NCBI RefSeq assembly: GCF_009914755.1
Contig: NC_060939.1
Source of the DNA: the human T2T-CHM13v2.0 reference genome, Homo sapiens
DNA length: 64,000 nucleotides
Reading direction: 5' to 3' (one strand)
The number at the start of each line of letters is the position of its first letter. The first letter of the stretch is position 1. Below the pieces are notes generated by a model that had not been told where the DNA came from, made no database searches, and saw only the letters and a program-made list of their open reading frames with translations. Positions 11,530-24,927 of the stretch are shown here, piece after piece. A program made the position numbers and the translations under genes.

Positions 11530-12144
11530 ATTTCTCAAGAAAAAAAAATCTCTTATTGGAAATCAGTGAAAAGACAGAGCATTATTTTATATTTAAGTAT
11601 TTTCTCTCCACCATGTGCAACATAACAGGAAACAAGGAGGTAAAACTGAATTGATCCATCAATCATGCAATATCTTCTTTTTATTCTAAATGTAACCCTA
11701 AAGTTTTTATAAAATTACACAAAAATGAATGTATATGAATATGGGAGGGCATTCTATGATGAACACATTAAACTCATTGGGATATTTGCTCCTGGGTGAG
11801 GTTCTATTTATTTAAAAAATAAAATTGCTTTAGCCAGTATGACCACTTTTTCAGTGGAAAATATTCATGGACATTTCAGTATTTATATAAAATTTAAATG
11901 ATCTTTTGATCGTCCCAATCAGCTCTTGGCTTCCAGGGGCCAGATGAGAAATGGTTAAAAAAATCTTCTTAAGAGCAGAGATGAGGTGTCACTCAGAGGT
12001 AGCCAATACCATCAGAGTAGTGACTCAGCAACCATCTGTTGAGTCAAATAAGTTTCAAATGCATATCACACACAACTTGGGAAAGTGACCTGTGGTTTTC
12101 AATCAGAATCCATCCTTCTTTCATCCTCGATGCCACCATTACAG

Positions 12145-12385
12145 CATGGGCAACAGTGGTTTGAAGCACATCTTCTGGTCAGAATCCCAGGTCTGCCACT
12201 ACTGTGTGTGTGTTTTGGCAACTTACTTAATTTCTCTTTGCCTTACTTTCCTCCTCCATACAATGGGGAAAATATTGGTAATGCCTTGCTCCTGGGGGAT
12301 GATTTTGAGAATTAAATTATTATATACATGTAAATCACTTAGAAAAGCATTTGGCATATGGCAATATTCGATAAATGTCAGTTCA
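12145..12385 (+). mobile_element. MIR
   Basis: AATCCCAGGTCTGCCACTACT...TTACTTAATTTCTCT... plus MIR 3' tail. Confidence 0.8.
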
Positions 12386-13234
12386 AATGACCATTTGGCC
12401 GTTTATCTTAGATAGCAGTTTATAGGGCTATCTCCTCCAATGCACGGCTGAGAATTCCTTGAGGTCAAAAATAGTCTTATTAACCTAGCTCAATAGCTTT
12501 GCCTAAAAAGAAGAACTCAAGACATCTCTACATCTTCTATATTGGGTAGGGATGACAGTAAATGACATAACCCCAACTAGAATACTCCTTTAACATTCAA
12601 CACAGTGCCTCTGCTTTCTCTCTTAATCTTGTTTTTATTTTGAACAGCAGCAATAAAATATCAGGTAACTACATGCAAAGCCACGTGGAGGCTTGAATGT
12701 TAAGTGCCGCATATTACAATAGTAATAAAATGTTTACTTTATGTTAGTACCTGTTAGTTACAACAGGGGTCCATGAACATATCTGACCTTACTATTTCCC
12801 TTCCAAATAAAACACGATTGTTGATGTCAGTGCATTGGAAGAAACAGAGATTTTGGAAAACAGGCTCTGCCACCTTCTAAGCTAGTTTCTGTGTTATTAA
12901 ATAGTGATAACACCCAGCTCATGGGATTGTGGTAAATCTGGGTGAAATAACATGTATAAAGAACCTGGCACTCAATAAATGATAATTATTGTTGTGATCA
13001 TTATTTGCAGAAAATTTTACCTTGAAGGTTCCCATAAGCAGGAAAGACTGAGCAACCATCCATTGGCATTGATTGCCTTGCTAGTTGGTAGTAATGCTTT
13101 GATATAAAGGCTTCTGAGTCTGAACCCACACCTAGGAGAAAGAGTCTGTGGCTCACAAGCGATGTCTGCTTTGTGCACTGTTCAGGGAGGGCCGGTGCTG
13201 TGCCAGGCCTTTACTATGTAGACTCTAAGGCTGG

Positions 13235-13713
13235 AGTCTTTCCGGATAAATTCATCAATGAATTTCTTTGGAAATCTGAAGAAGTATGTAAACCCATCTT
13301 GGAAAAATAATTTGAGATGAATAACATAAAACACCTGTAAAACACAATTACTAAAATATTTAAAATTGATACTACAATCTGTGTTTTTTATTAACACATT
13401 AAATAACAAGATCTTGTGGCAGGTCTTATAACTACCATCATGTCAAAGTTGTATTGAGCATACATGATATTTTGAGATATCTGTGATCGTGTAAGGTCAT
13501 ATGAACATATTTATAATAGCTCTTGGTGGTAAATCATAGTTAGTACTGTTTTGATGTGTATTGTCCACATTCATGATGAAAGAAATGCAAAGTTGCAGTT
13601 CAAAAATACTGAAAATAAAGATGCAAGTATTGGCCATCCAATTTCATGGCCCCCTTGCTCTAAAATCCCAGATCAAGAATCTGTATTCTAGAACCCCAAG
13701 TTAAGACCACCTG
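13235..13713. mobile_element. hAT-Charlie MITE, MER119-like
   Basis: TAAATAACAAGATCT...ATAACTACC...TATTTTGAGATATCTG... matches the recalled MER119 body; ends GTTAAGACCACCTG. Confidence 0.7.
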
Positions 13714-15779
13714 ATCTAAAACTGAGAATCTTGTTTTCACTTAATCAGGCTGGCATTTTTTTCCGCGTAATCACCCTCCCTATTTACCCTTCAGCACATA
13801 CTCTTCTATTTTATGAAGTTACTAAAGCCATTAAAAGTCCAAGTCTTATAAATTTTTGTAGATACTTAAATTGTTCCTCCTTCCTAAGAATCAGTCTCAT
13901 GTAATTATTATGGCATTTATGTTTCTACTGGATAAAAGTATCTTGGCATAAATGTTAGAATTTAAATGATAGCCAAGTTTGAAGGTAGACACAAGAAAAT
14001 TCATACTAAGCTATGACTATATTTTAAAAAGCGAAATGCTTTGAAAACAGCCATAAAGCAGGAAGTACCTTAAGTCTTAGGAAATATCATATCCAATTGT
14101 ACAGGGTGAAAAGATTCAAATAAACTCTGGACAAGATTGCAGACTCTGGGATCTTTAATTCAACCTAAACTTTAAAGCTTTTTGACATCGACCCATATTC
14201 TTGGGTAAATGTGATAATTCATTCTCCTAGATATGAAACAATTCACACTGTTGGAGTAAAATCCCAGAGAATATATATAGCTGGGTGTATCAAACCATTT
14301 TAGACAGGCTGATGTGTCTCTGTGAAAAGGGAAACACAATTTAGATTAGAAATCCATTGTAAAGACAGGCTACAGGTCTAAATTGGTGCTTTACATATTT
14401 ACAAAGGTTGTGCGTGTTATTGGCTCCCCATAAAAGAAACATGTTCAAAGGGATAATGTTAAAATAAAATCCTGTTCATGGCCTACACATCTTACTGCTG
14501 ATTGAAAAAGAACTCAGACTGTGAGTCTGCTAACTTTGACCTTTCATAAGCAGACACATCTGTGGTTCTTCATGGCTTGTTTGTATTTGCACTACTGAAA
14601 AGATTAATTGATTGTTCAATAAATTATCACTTTACAGATCGGTTTAGTCTCTAAAACAAACTACCAATCACCTTGTTAACAAGTACATGTAAAGAATTGT
14701 TTTCAATAGGATAACCACTATCCCCTATGTAGGTGTGGCAATTAGATTATTGATTTTAGGTAAATGTCTGGTTAATTATGCAATAGGCTTTATTTCATCT
14801 GTTAATTAAGCTACGGCTCTTTTAAGTCAATAAGGTATAGCCCCAGGAGAAAAGAGAAGTTTCCCATTAGAAGAGACCAAGTGCTTCCTACAAAAGGAAC
14901 AGAATGTGGACCACCTTTTCTTTCTCCAAAACCAAGACCCAAATGAGGGAGAACTTATATGAGTGAATTGTACTTCCAGTTCACATATCAGCTATTTCTA
15001 GAATCAGTATTACACATAAATCTGAACAGAAATACTTCTTATAAAAGAGACCACTAACTTCTCGTATACAACTGCCTGAGAGACACTCAACCTTCCTTGT
15101 CTCATTTGGCCTCACAATGACCAGCTGTAATGTGCTTTTTAAGAATCTCCACCCGAGATTCAACTCCTTCTCAAATGGCCTCATTTTCACTTAGGTAGTC
15201 ATCACTAACTTTATCTAGCAGAGAGAAGCGACCATTTTCAGAATCTTCCTGGGGACAGAGCCTCCATTCAACTTAGCATCACCACTAGCACACCTTTCCC
15301 TGCCTCCTTAATTTTGACCAAAGATTGATTCATAGATGTTGACTTTTCCCTTTTTCCAGTTGGGATTTGATTGCGTTTTTCTGTTTACATTTTGAGGAGT
15401 GGGGTGAGGTGAGGGGAATGTGAGGTGGGGGGTTGCTAGGCCTGGACACCTAGAATCTGAGCTTAGCTGCACCCCTTACTCTGATTTGAGAACACGATAA
15501 AGCTTCCGACCATTTAATTCATTCCAGATTTTGCTTTGTTTGTCCTGACTTCAGTGCTGAAGACTCACACATTTCCTGTCTTGAAAAGCTGTTAATGTTT
15601 TGTGTATAGTACATGCACAACATGAATTGAGTAAGTGAATGGAGGGGTGGGAGCCAAATTACATATTTGGAAAGGTTCTACTTAGGAAAGTCACTAGCTT
15701 CCAAACAATAATAAAGTGATGTTTTTTTCCTTAGGCACTGACCTAAGAGAATACTACGGTAATAATTATTGCAATGATA

Positions 15780-16062
15780 CCACTAATATTTACTGAGCAC
15801 TTACTATGCTCCAGAAATTATCTTAAGATAAATGACATGTATTATCTCACTTAACCTCTACAATAATACTTTCTAATACTTTACAATTGAAACTGTAATA
15901 CATACAATAACACTTTTCAGTTATATACTTTACAATCTTCATTTTACAGATGGAGAAACGGAGTCATAGAACCCAATGTCACACAGTCACTAAGTGACAG
16001 AACTAAAATTCAAACCCAGGAAATATAACTATAGAATCTGTGCTTTTAACAACAATCCTATA
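15780..16062 (-). mobile_element. MIR with internal ~45-bp duplication
   Basis: TTTACTGAGCACTTACTATG, CATTTTACAGATGGAGAAAC, ATTCAAACCCAGG. Confidence 0.85.
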
Positions 16063-16105
16063 TGCAGAACACTGGGGTGCTACTGATTATTCTTTGTAGA
16101 CCAAA

Positions 16106-16480
16106 TGTATTAGTCCGTTCTGACACTGCTATGAAGAAATACCCGAGACTGGGTAATTTATAAAGGAAAGAGGTTTAATTGACTCATGGTTCCGCATTGC
16201 TGGGGAGGCCTCGGGAAACTTACAGTCATGGCGGAAGGTAAAGGAGAAGAAAGCACCTTCTTCACAGGGTGGCAGAATGGAGTGAGGGCAAGCAGGGGAA
16301 GCGCCAGACACTTATAAAACTGTCAGATCTCATGAGAATTCACTATCATGAGAACAGCATGGGGGAATCTGCTTCCATGATCCAGTTACCTCCGAGTGGT
16401 TCTGCCCTCGACACATGGGGATTATGGGGATTACAATTCGAGGTGAGATTTGGGTGAAGACCCAGAGCCAAACCATATCA
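16106..16480 (-). mobile_element. THE1D-like solo LTR
   Basis: TGTATTAGTCC...CCATATCA termini; perfect TSD CCAAA at 16101-16105 and 16481-16485. Confidence 0.92.
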
Positions 16481-18911
16481 CCAAATGACTGATCGGAGTA
16501 TCAAGAGTGTATCCAACCGACCTATGTGACCTGAAATCACTTTGGAAAAAATAATAGCCAATATTTAGTAAGAGCTTCTTTCATTTGCTCACTTCCAAAC
16601 TGAACATATGGACTGTTGTTTTATAACTCACAGCTCAAACACTCAAGAAGGGGTTGGCATCTATGAAGCAGATTGGGTGCTGGCCATAGGGACACCTGTG
16701 AGTCCAGTATTAGTATCCCTCTTCCTGCTAATAACTTTAGCACTAGAAAAGTGAATCACACATAAATAAATAGCCCTTTCTCCTGACCAAATTACTTGCA
16801 CAGCATAGCAGTAGCTAAAAGCAAGTATACATTATAATTTTTTTGAATATTCCCCGATTAATTTACAGTAAAGTTGGACACAGTCCTATTGACCACAGAA
16901 TGACTTTTGCTGCCTCTTCAAAATCAGAGTATTTCCTTTTATGGAAAAAGTTATAATTATCTGAAGAATCCTAAACTGTACTTGTTAAAATATTCCACAT
17001 AGAAGAAACCTGGTAAAAGTTGTGCTGGTGTTTGCATGAAGCCTGTTATACATAATTTTGTTTTCAATCATGCAAATGATTTTTTCCTTTGCAATATGCT
17101 AATGCAATCTGATTTATTTCAGTTGTAAAAGTTAATTACAATGTGTTTGTGAGTCCCTAAAGATGATGTATTAAATGTTTATAACCAGGATTATTAAAAT
17201 GTCCTGTCTCAATTACAGAGCTTCTCTTTCAAACACTAGAACTAATTGTAGCCTTAAATCACAACAACCTCACTGTTAAAATTAACACAAGGGCAACATC
17301 GCATAATTTTAATTAATTTTAATTTGGCCAAAGCGAATTAATTTTTGTTTTCTAGGAGGACAGCTAAACTCTTTTGTAGCCTGCTTCCACCGAACATGGA
17401 GTTCATAAACTTCTTTTCTTCTTGGCATTTTCATTCCTCTGAGGATTATGCCATGGGATTGAATCCTTGTTTATATTTTGGTACCAATTTGCATATCTGG
17501 TTCTCTCCTCTCCTCTTTGCATTTCAGTAAGGAAATGAAGCCATAGCAGAATGTATACAGTTCTGCGGTCAGGGAAACAAATTTTTCACTGTGAGTTTCA
17601 TAATGTTCTTAACCCAGGTCTTTGCACATTATGACGTTCAGAGTCCAAGTGTGGTGCGCTTTGAGACTTCCATCCTTAGCACCCATTAAAAAGCTGCCAA
17701 CACCTCTTTCAAAGTTTGCAAAACGATGTTCTAAGAGATTGGTACTTAGAAGACATCATTTCTAGATACTTCCCTTTCTCCTTCTGCTCAACACATGAAC
17801 TTAATTGCCTGTTTCACGTGATTTGTTAATACTAAATGTTTCTTTGTTGTGTCAGTGTAGGCTGTACTCCAATAGCAACAAACAGGATAATTTTCTATTT
17901 ATTCCTGAAACTGAGGCATCCTTTTCTGGAAAGTTCTGTCTTCAGTGCTCATTTATCTGCATACAATGACTGTTCCATTTATTCAAATGAAAGTTGCTTT
18001 AAAATTAGAAATAGCCATAATAAAGAACTTTGAAAACACACCTAGAAAACATCCAGGGGGCCTGACTGACTTTCTAAGATGTGGTTTCAAGGTTCTTTAT
18101 TGTGGCTATTTCTAAAAGATCAGTGATAGATACTCTATAGGATCTGTGTTTCATCGTGCAAATCGTAAGTTCTAAATGTTTGGAAGAACTGGATAAATTG
18201 TTTCTTATTTTAATTTACATGTAGAGACTTTGAGGTGAAATGGGTATTCATTTTTGCTAATCATTTAAATTTTAATCTGCCTACCCATATTTATAGGCAT
18301 TCCTTCTACAATTGATTCACCAAAATCTTAGAAATAATCTCATTTTATCACCAACAGGTAATAATCAATCATAGCCAAAGTGAATCGTAAGTTTAATATT
18401 AAAAAGTTATTATACATCACATAAGCAAAATCTAAACATATCAAAAATTATTTGTCTAAACCAGTGCAAGAGTGAAAGAGGATGTTGTTAATAATTACAG
18501 GAGAACATTAGGCATAAAATCAGAATTTTCTGAGCAAACTGGAAGATCTGATTGTCTTCCACATAGGAAAATGAAATTGACACTCTTCTGGTTGTGTATT
18601 CAGTTTATCACAATTCCTCCTTTCTGTTCCTTCTTGATAAAGGTTGGTCTCTGGCAACCATATCTATATTGCATGATGCTACCCAGGATGTGGATGACTG
18701 GATTCATTATGGATATTTGATTAGATCTGATCTATAAAAATGCACCTTAAGACTCTTAGCTAACCAAGAGGAAACAGAGTTAAGCTCTGGGTGTGGTGAG
18801 ATCTGTATTGGGCAAAACTCAGAGATGTGGGGGTTCATATGTCAGCCCATGGTGTGAATATATTTACTATATAATATAAAGCTGTGCATGTCCCTCAACA
18901 ATCAGGACATA

Positions 18912-19990
18912 TAAAAGCAATTGCAACAAAAGCAACAATTGACAAATAGGATCTAATTAAACTAAAGACCTTCTGCACAGCAAAAGAAACTATCAACAGA
19001 GTAAACAGACAACCTACAGAATGGGAGAAAAATTCTGCAAACTATACATCTGACCAAGGCCTAATATCCAGCATCTATAAGCAACTTAAATAAATTTACA
19101 AGAAAAAAAAAGCAAATAATTCCACTAAAAAGTGGGCAAAGGACATGGACAGACACTTTTCAAAAGAAGACATACATGCTGCCAACAAGTATATGAAAAA
19201 AAGCTCAATATCACTGATCATTAGAGAAATGTAAATCAAAACCACAATGAGATACCATCTCACACCAGTCAGAATGGCTACTATTATATAATAAAAATAA
19301 AAAAAAAACAGAAGCTGGCGAGGTTGTGGAGACAAAGGAATGCTTGTAACTGTTGGTGGGAGTGTAAATTAGTTCAACAGTTGTGTAAGACAGTGAGGTG
19401 ATTCCTCAAAGACCAAAAGTCAAAAATACCATTCAACCCAGCAATCCCATTACAATCCCATTATATACCTAAGGAATATAAATCATTCTATTATAAAGAC
19501 ACATGCATGTGTATGTTCATTGCAGCACTATTCATAATAGCAAAGACATAAAATCAACCCAAATGCCCATCAATGATAGACTAGATAAAGAAAATATGGT
19601 ACATGCACACCATGAAGTACTATGCAGCCATAACAAAGAATGAGATCATGTCTTTTGCAGGGACATGGATGAAGCTGGAGGCCACTATCCTTAGCAAACT
19701 AATGCAGGAACAGAAAACCGGACACCACATGTTCTCACTTATAAGTGGGAGCTGAATGGTGAGAACACATGGACACACAGAGGGGAACAACACACACTCA
19801 GAGGTGGAGGTTGGGAGGAGGGAGAGGATCAGGAAAAATAACTAATTGATACCAGGCTTAACACCTGGGTGAAGAAATAATCCGTACAACCAGCCCCCAA
19901 GATGCACGCTTACATATGTGTAGGTTTGTGAAAGGATACATCTTTCACATGTATACTTGAACTTAAAATAAAATGTAAAAAAAAGAAAAG
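18912..19990 (+). mobile_element. 5'-truncated L1PA13-16 (ORF2 3' end, 3'UTR, A tail)
   Basis: Clear L1 ORF2 C-terminal sequence; 3'UTR GGAGGAGGGAGAGGATCAGGAAAAATAACTAA; TSD AATCAGG(A/G)CATA at 18900-18911 and 19991-20002. Confidence 0.92.
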
Positions 19991-20063
19991 AATCAGGGCA
20001 TAGCATATGTGACCAGCTCTGGTTTTTTTATTAAGGTAATTTGCCTACAGGTAAAAAAAATTT

Positions 20064-20161
20064 ATGATTTTATGAATAAAATTAAATTTTTACATGTAGG
20101 TAAATACACATAGGCAAATAAGTACCTATATGTAAAAATTAAATTTTATTCATAAAATCAT
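20064..20161. repeat. Long AT-rich inverted repeat
   Basis: 39-bp arms at 20064-20102 and 20123-20161, 37/39 complementary, 20-nt spacer. Confidence 0.92.
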
Positions 20162-20288
20162 GAAAGAAACTTTAAAGTTTTTGCTTGATAGAAAATAGTA
20201 GGGTGACTGATATTATCTTATAGGTGATTTAAAAATAACCAGTACAAAGAATTTTCAGTTTCAATTCAACAAATTTTAAAATAAATCT

Positions 20289-20579
20289 GGCTGGACACTG
20301 TGGCTCATGCCTATAATCCCAGCACTGCAGGAGAATTACTTGAGGCCAGGAGTTCAAGATCAGCCTGGGCAATATAGTGAGACTCTGTCTCTAAAAAAGT
20401 TATAAAAAAAAAAAAAAATTAGCCCGACGCACCTGCAGTCCTAGCTATGGGGGAGGCTGAGTGGGGAGGATCGCTTGAGCCCAGGAGTTCCAGGCTATAG
20501 TGAGCTATGATCACGCCACTGCACTCTGGCCTGGGTGACAGAGCAAGACCCTGTCTCTAAATAAATAAATAAATAAAAA
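20289..20579 (+). mobile_element. AluJ
   Basis: Dimeric Alu with J diagnostics (GGAGGATCGCTTGAGCCCAGGAGTT, GAGCTATGATC) and (TAAA)n tail. Confidence 0.92.
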
Positions 20580-20849
20580 GTTTAAAAAAGTAAATTTAAC
20601 AGAAAATATATAATCTTTGAAAAACAAATCACATAAAAATTTTAAATTTAATAATTGATGATTCCATTTTTATGTTGAGCTAAATGTGCACAATAACAGA
20701 AAAGTATAATTTTTAGTTTAGTTTAGTTTAGTTTATAAGTGAATAAGGCAGGGAACTTTTGTGCCATTTTGTAATCTCACACTTCTGGAATTATACTGAT
20801 GAGTATGAAAAGGAAAGAATTATACTGGTGATCCTGAGTAGCTATATTT

Positions 20850-20985
20850 ATATTATCTATGAACTCTTTCAAGGCAGGGACAGTATTTTATTCATCTTTA
20901 TTCATCACTGTGGTAAGCATCCAAGTGCTTACCATAATTCCAAGTACATATTAGATACTCAACACATTGATGTGAACAGAAACAA
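20850..20985 (+). mobile_element. L2 3' end fragment
   Basis: GAACTCTTTCAAGGCAGGGACAGTATTTTATTCATC. Confidence 0.6.
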
Positions 20986-22114
20986 CTGAGGAGAACTGGT
21001 ATAAGTTAGAAATAACTTAGACAAAAGCCATAATATTCATATACTCACTGTTAACACTAATAAATAAATAAACAAAATGAATCTTAGAACCTTAACCTAA
21101 TCATTAGAAATACTAGGCTTATAATTGGGGAGGTTTCTCTGAGACTCTTAAATGTAAGGAAATCTAGTTAGTGGGAATTAGTGTGAGTGAGAGCAATAGA
21201 AGATGCTCAGGCTTATAATAAACCTTCAGCATAAAACTCTATTACCTTATTTTTAATACATAGATTTTACCATTTTTTGAGAATTAAGCTGTGAGGAGGA
21301 AGCATGCATTTTTTAGAAGTTTTGAAAGTTGTAAAAATTTTTTTCACAACATACCCATTATGAAAAGTTGATTGTATTTTACTGTGTTTTTTGTTCCTCC
21401 TAAAACTACATTTCACAGTGTGCATATGATACCCTAGGAATGCTCACTTTGCCAAGTATTTGGAGAATTTGCTTGCTGACTTTACAGATCATGCTGGCAT
21501 ATATGTGCCAAAGGCTTAATGATTGGCATTTATTAGTGAGAAGCTTCAGCTTTCTATTGACTGAGTCTTTTCTGCTCCTGCTAGTGAAAGAAGAATGAAT
21601 ATACTGCTTGATGCAGACACCCATGGATTGGGGAAATAAATCTCATTTTGGCTAAATATGCCAATGATGAAACTGTCTCCTTCAAACACTGTCAGTTTAC
21701 CGACTTTCATCCCAAGGCTTGTGGTAGACTACTCAGAGAAGGATGATTTTACAGTGGCAAAGAATGGGAACCCTGAGACCACAGAGTTCATCTTATCCCA
21801 GCAACAATCTTCTGGGCCATGAAGAGTTGTCTCCTTATCAGCAATGACGTTTTCTTATGTAATGCAGATATTTGCCTGATGGGTTCTGATAATAGCTGTC
21901 AAAATTTAGAGTTGACTCTTAAAAAAAAATATCGGATACTAATACGCTGAGGAAATGCATACTACCTAGATTGATGGCCAAAGTCAAACAATGCCAGAAA
22001 TCATGAGCTCTAGTCTCAGATTCCTCACTGGTACAATAATGAGATACAACTGGCAATGCCCACTTCTCATTTAGCCCACTAAGTGTACTATAGATAGGTT
22101 AAAAACAAATTCTA

Positions 22115-24100
22115 ATAAAAGTCAATTGCTTCTGTACGTATCAGTATCGAACAATTAGAGTATAACATTAAAAATGAAATACATTAGCAACAAAAAATGA
22201 AATACTTTTGTATATGTCTAGAAAACTATGTATAATATCTATATGATGAAAACTATAAAATTCTGGTGAAGTAAATCAAATACCTAAATAAACAGAAAGA
22301 TATTTCATGTTCATGGATAGGAAGATTCAATATAGTTAAGACGTCACTTCCCAATTTAATCTATAATTTGATGCGATCTCAGTCAAAACCCCAGTAGTTA
22401 GGCTTTTTTTTCTGGAAATTGACACACAGGTTCTAAGGTTTAAACAGAGAGGCAAAATACCTAGAATAGCCCACAAAATATTGAAAGAGAAGAACAAATT
22501 TGGAGGACTAACACCACCAAACTTCAAGGCTTACTATAAAGCTACAGTAATCAAGACAGTGTGATATCAGAAAAAGAATATACACATAGGTTAATGGAAC
22601 ACAATGAGAGCCCAGAAACAGACCAGCACTATCATAGTCAACTGAACTTTCACTAAAGATCAAAGGTAGTACAATGGAGAAAAAGTAGACTTTCCATTAA
22701 TTGGTGCTGGAACAACTGGCATCCATGAGCGAAAAAAAAAAAAATGAATCTAGACAGATTTTGGTCACACAAAAGTAGATTCATATGCAAAATGCCATAC
22801 TACCAAACTCTTAGAAGATAACATGGGAGAAAACATAGGGCACCTTGGGTTTGGTGATGATTTTTTAGGTACAACACCAAAAGCACAATCCATGAAAGAA
22901 AAAAATTGGTAAGTTAGACTTCATTAAAATCTAAAAATTCTGTTCTGCAAAATATACTGTTAAGGGAATGAAAAGATAAGTCATAGATTAGAAGAAAATC
23001 TTTGCAACACATATCTGACAATGGACAGGTATTTAAGAGATGTAAAAAATTATTAAAACTCATTGATAAGAAAATAAACAGCCCAATTTCCAAACTGGGC
23101 AAAAGAGCTGAGCAGATACCACATCTAGTAAGATATATAGATATCAACTAAGCATCTGAAATAATGCTCAAAATCATGTCATTAGGGAATTGCAAATTAA
23201 AACAGCAGTAAGATTCCACTACCTACCTATTGGAATGGATAAAATCCAAAACACTGACAACACCAAATGTTGAGGAGGATGGAGAGCAACAAGAACTCTC
23301 ATTGCTGGTGAGAATGCAAACTGCTACAGGCATTTTGTTAGAAAGTTTGGCAGCTTCTTACAAAAGTAAGCGTACTTTTACCATATGATCCAGAAATCAT
23401 GCTGTGTGGTATTTATCCAAATCAGTTGGAAACCTATATTCACATAAAAAACAGCACATGAATGTTTATATCAGCTTTATTCATAATTGACAAAACTTGG
23501 AAGTAACCAAGATGCCTTTCAATAGATGAATGGAGAGACAAATTGTGGTACATCCTTAGAATGAAATATTATTTAGTGATAAAAGAAAATGAGCTATCAA
23601 GCTGTAAAAAGACATGGAGGAAACTTGCTAGCATCTTGCTAAGTGGATGAAGTCAATTTGAAAAGACTACATACTATATGATTCCAACTAAATGACATTT
23701 TGGAAAAGACAAAACTATGGAGACAGTAAAAACAACGGTGATTGCAAGAGGTTTGGGGTGGGAGGGAGAAAAACATAGGTGGAGCATAGAGAATTTTTAG
23801 GACCTTGAAACTCTTTTATATGATACCGTAATGGTGGCTACATGTCATTATATATTTGTCAAAACCCACTGAGTGCAGAGCTCAAAGAGTAAACACTAAT
23901 GTAAGCTATGGATTTAATTTAATAATATTGTGTTAATATGGGTTAATCAATGGTAACAAATGTACCACAATAATACAGGATGTAAATAATAGGGGAAACT
24001 AGGGCTGGGGGAAGTGCTACATTGGAGTTCTTGGTACTGTCCAAACAATTTTTCTGTAAACCTAAAAATGCTCCAAAAACTAGTTCATTTATTTAAAAAA
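22115..24100 (+). mobile_element. L1MC1/L1MC2-like ORF2 3' half and 3'UTR, degenerate
   Basis: Decayed ORF2 (TGTTCATGGATAGGAAGA, TACTATAAAGCTACAGTAATCAAGACAGTGTG) and L1MC 3'UTR (GAGCTATCAAGC, AAAACTATGGAGACAGTAAAA). Confidence 0.88.
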
Positions 24101-24342
24101 TGACAAAATATAATTTTTAGTTGCTGTTTTTAAGAGCTCTTTTCCAAATAGAGCATAGAGATTTTCCTTAATCTGGCCAGGTGGAGCCTTATGTATTTGG
24201 TGTTACTGCAACATGAGCTTGGAATCTAGAACTATCCAGCTGAAAGTACCTTTGGAACTTGTGGCCCAGGGAAAACCTCTACTGTTTGTAGCTTTGATGA
24301 AGCCTACTTTCTTTGGGCTTAAAGTTAGATTATATGTCATTT

Positions 24343-24627
24343 GTCCGGGCACAGTGGCTCATGCCTGTAATCCCAGCATTTTGGGAGGCAGAGATGGGTG
24401 GATCACTTGGGCCCAGGAGTTCGAGAACAGCATGGGCAACGTGGCGAAACCCTGCCTCTACTAAAAATACAGGTGTGGTGGTGCATACCTGTAGTTCCAG
24501 CTACAGGGGTCTGAAGGAGAGGATTGCTTGAGCCCATGGGGTCAATGCTACAGTGTGCCCTGATGGTGCCACTGGACTCCAGCCTGGGTGACAGAGTGAG
24601 ACCCGGACTCAAACAAACAAACAAAAA
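24343..24627 (+). mobile_element. AluJ (Jb-like)
   Basis: Dimeric Alu with (CAAA)n tail. Confidence 0.9.
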
Positions 24628-24927
24628 GGAGTAAAAGGATTCTATATCGGCTAATAGATCAATAAACATCATTGAATATGCTTCAAATAAATATGAGATC
24701 TAATTTTTGGGTTTTGGCAGTGACTGTACTATGACCAGCAGACATCAAAACATCCACTGATGCTTTTCCTGAATCCCCTATGCAAAATTACTTTTAACTT
24801 GTATTTTCATAAAACTTTGGATGTATAATTTAACATAGCATCTATGGGTATTTATGTATGTTTTTCTTGCAGCCTTGCACCAAGGCATATTTTATCTGAA
24901 CCCTCACCTTCACATTTAGTAAACGTT

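Noticed and set aside
13075-13135. tRNA-like segment (CTAGTTGGTAG...CTGAACCC)
   Set aside because: No intact cloverleaf or B box; at most a decayed tRNA-derived SINE
21664-21776. C/D box snoRNA (ATGATGA...CTGA)
   Set aside because: No terminal stem and no recognisable rRNA/snRNA guide; the motifs are expected by chance
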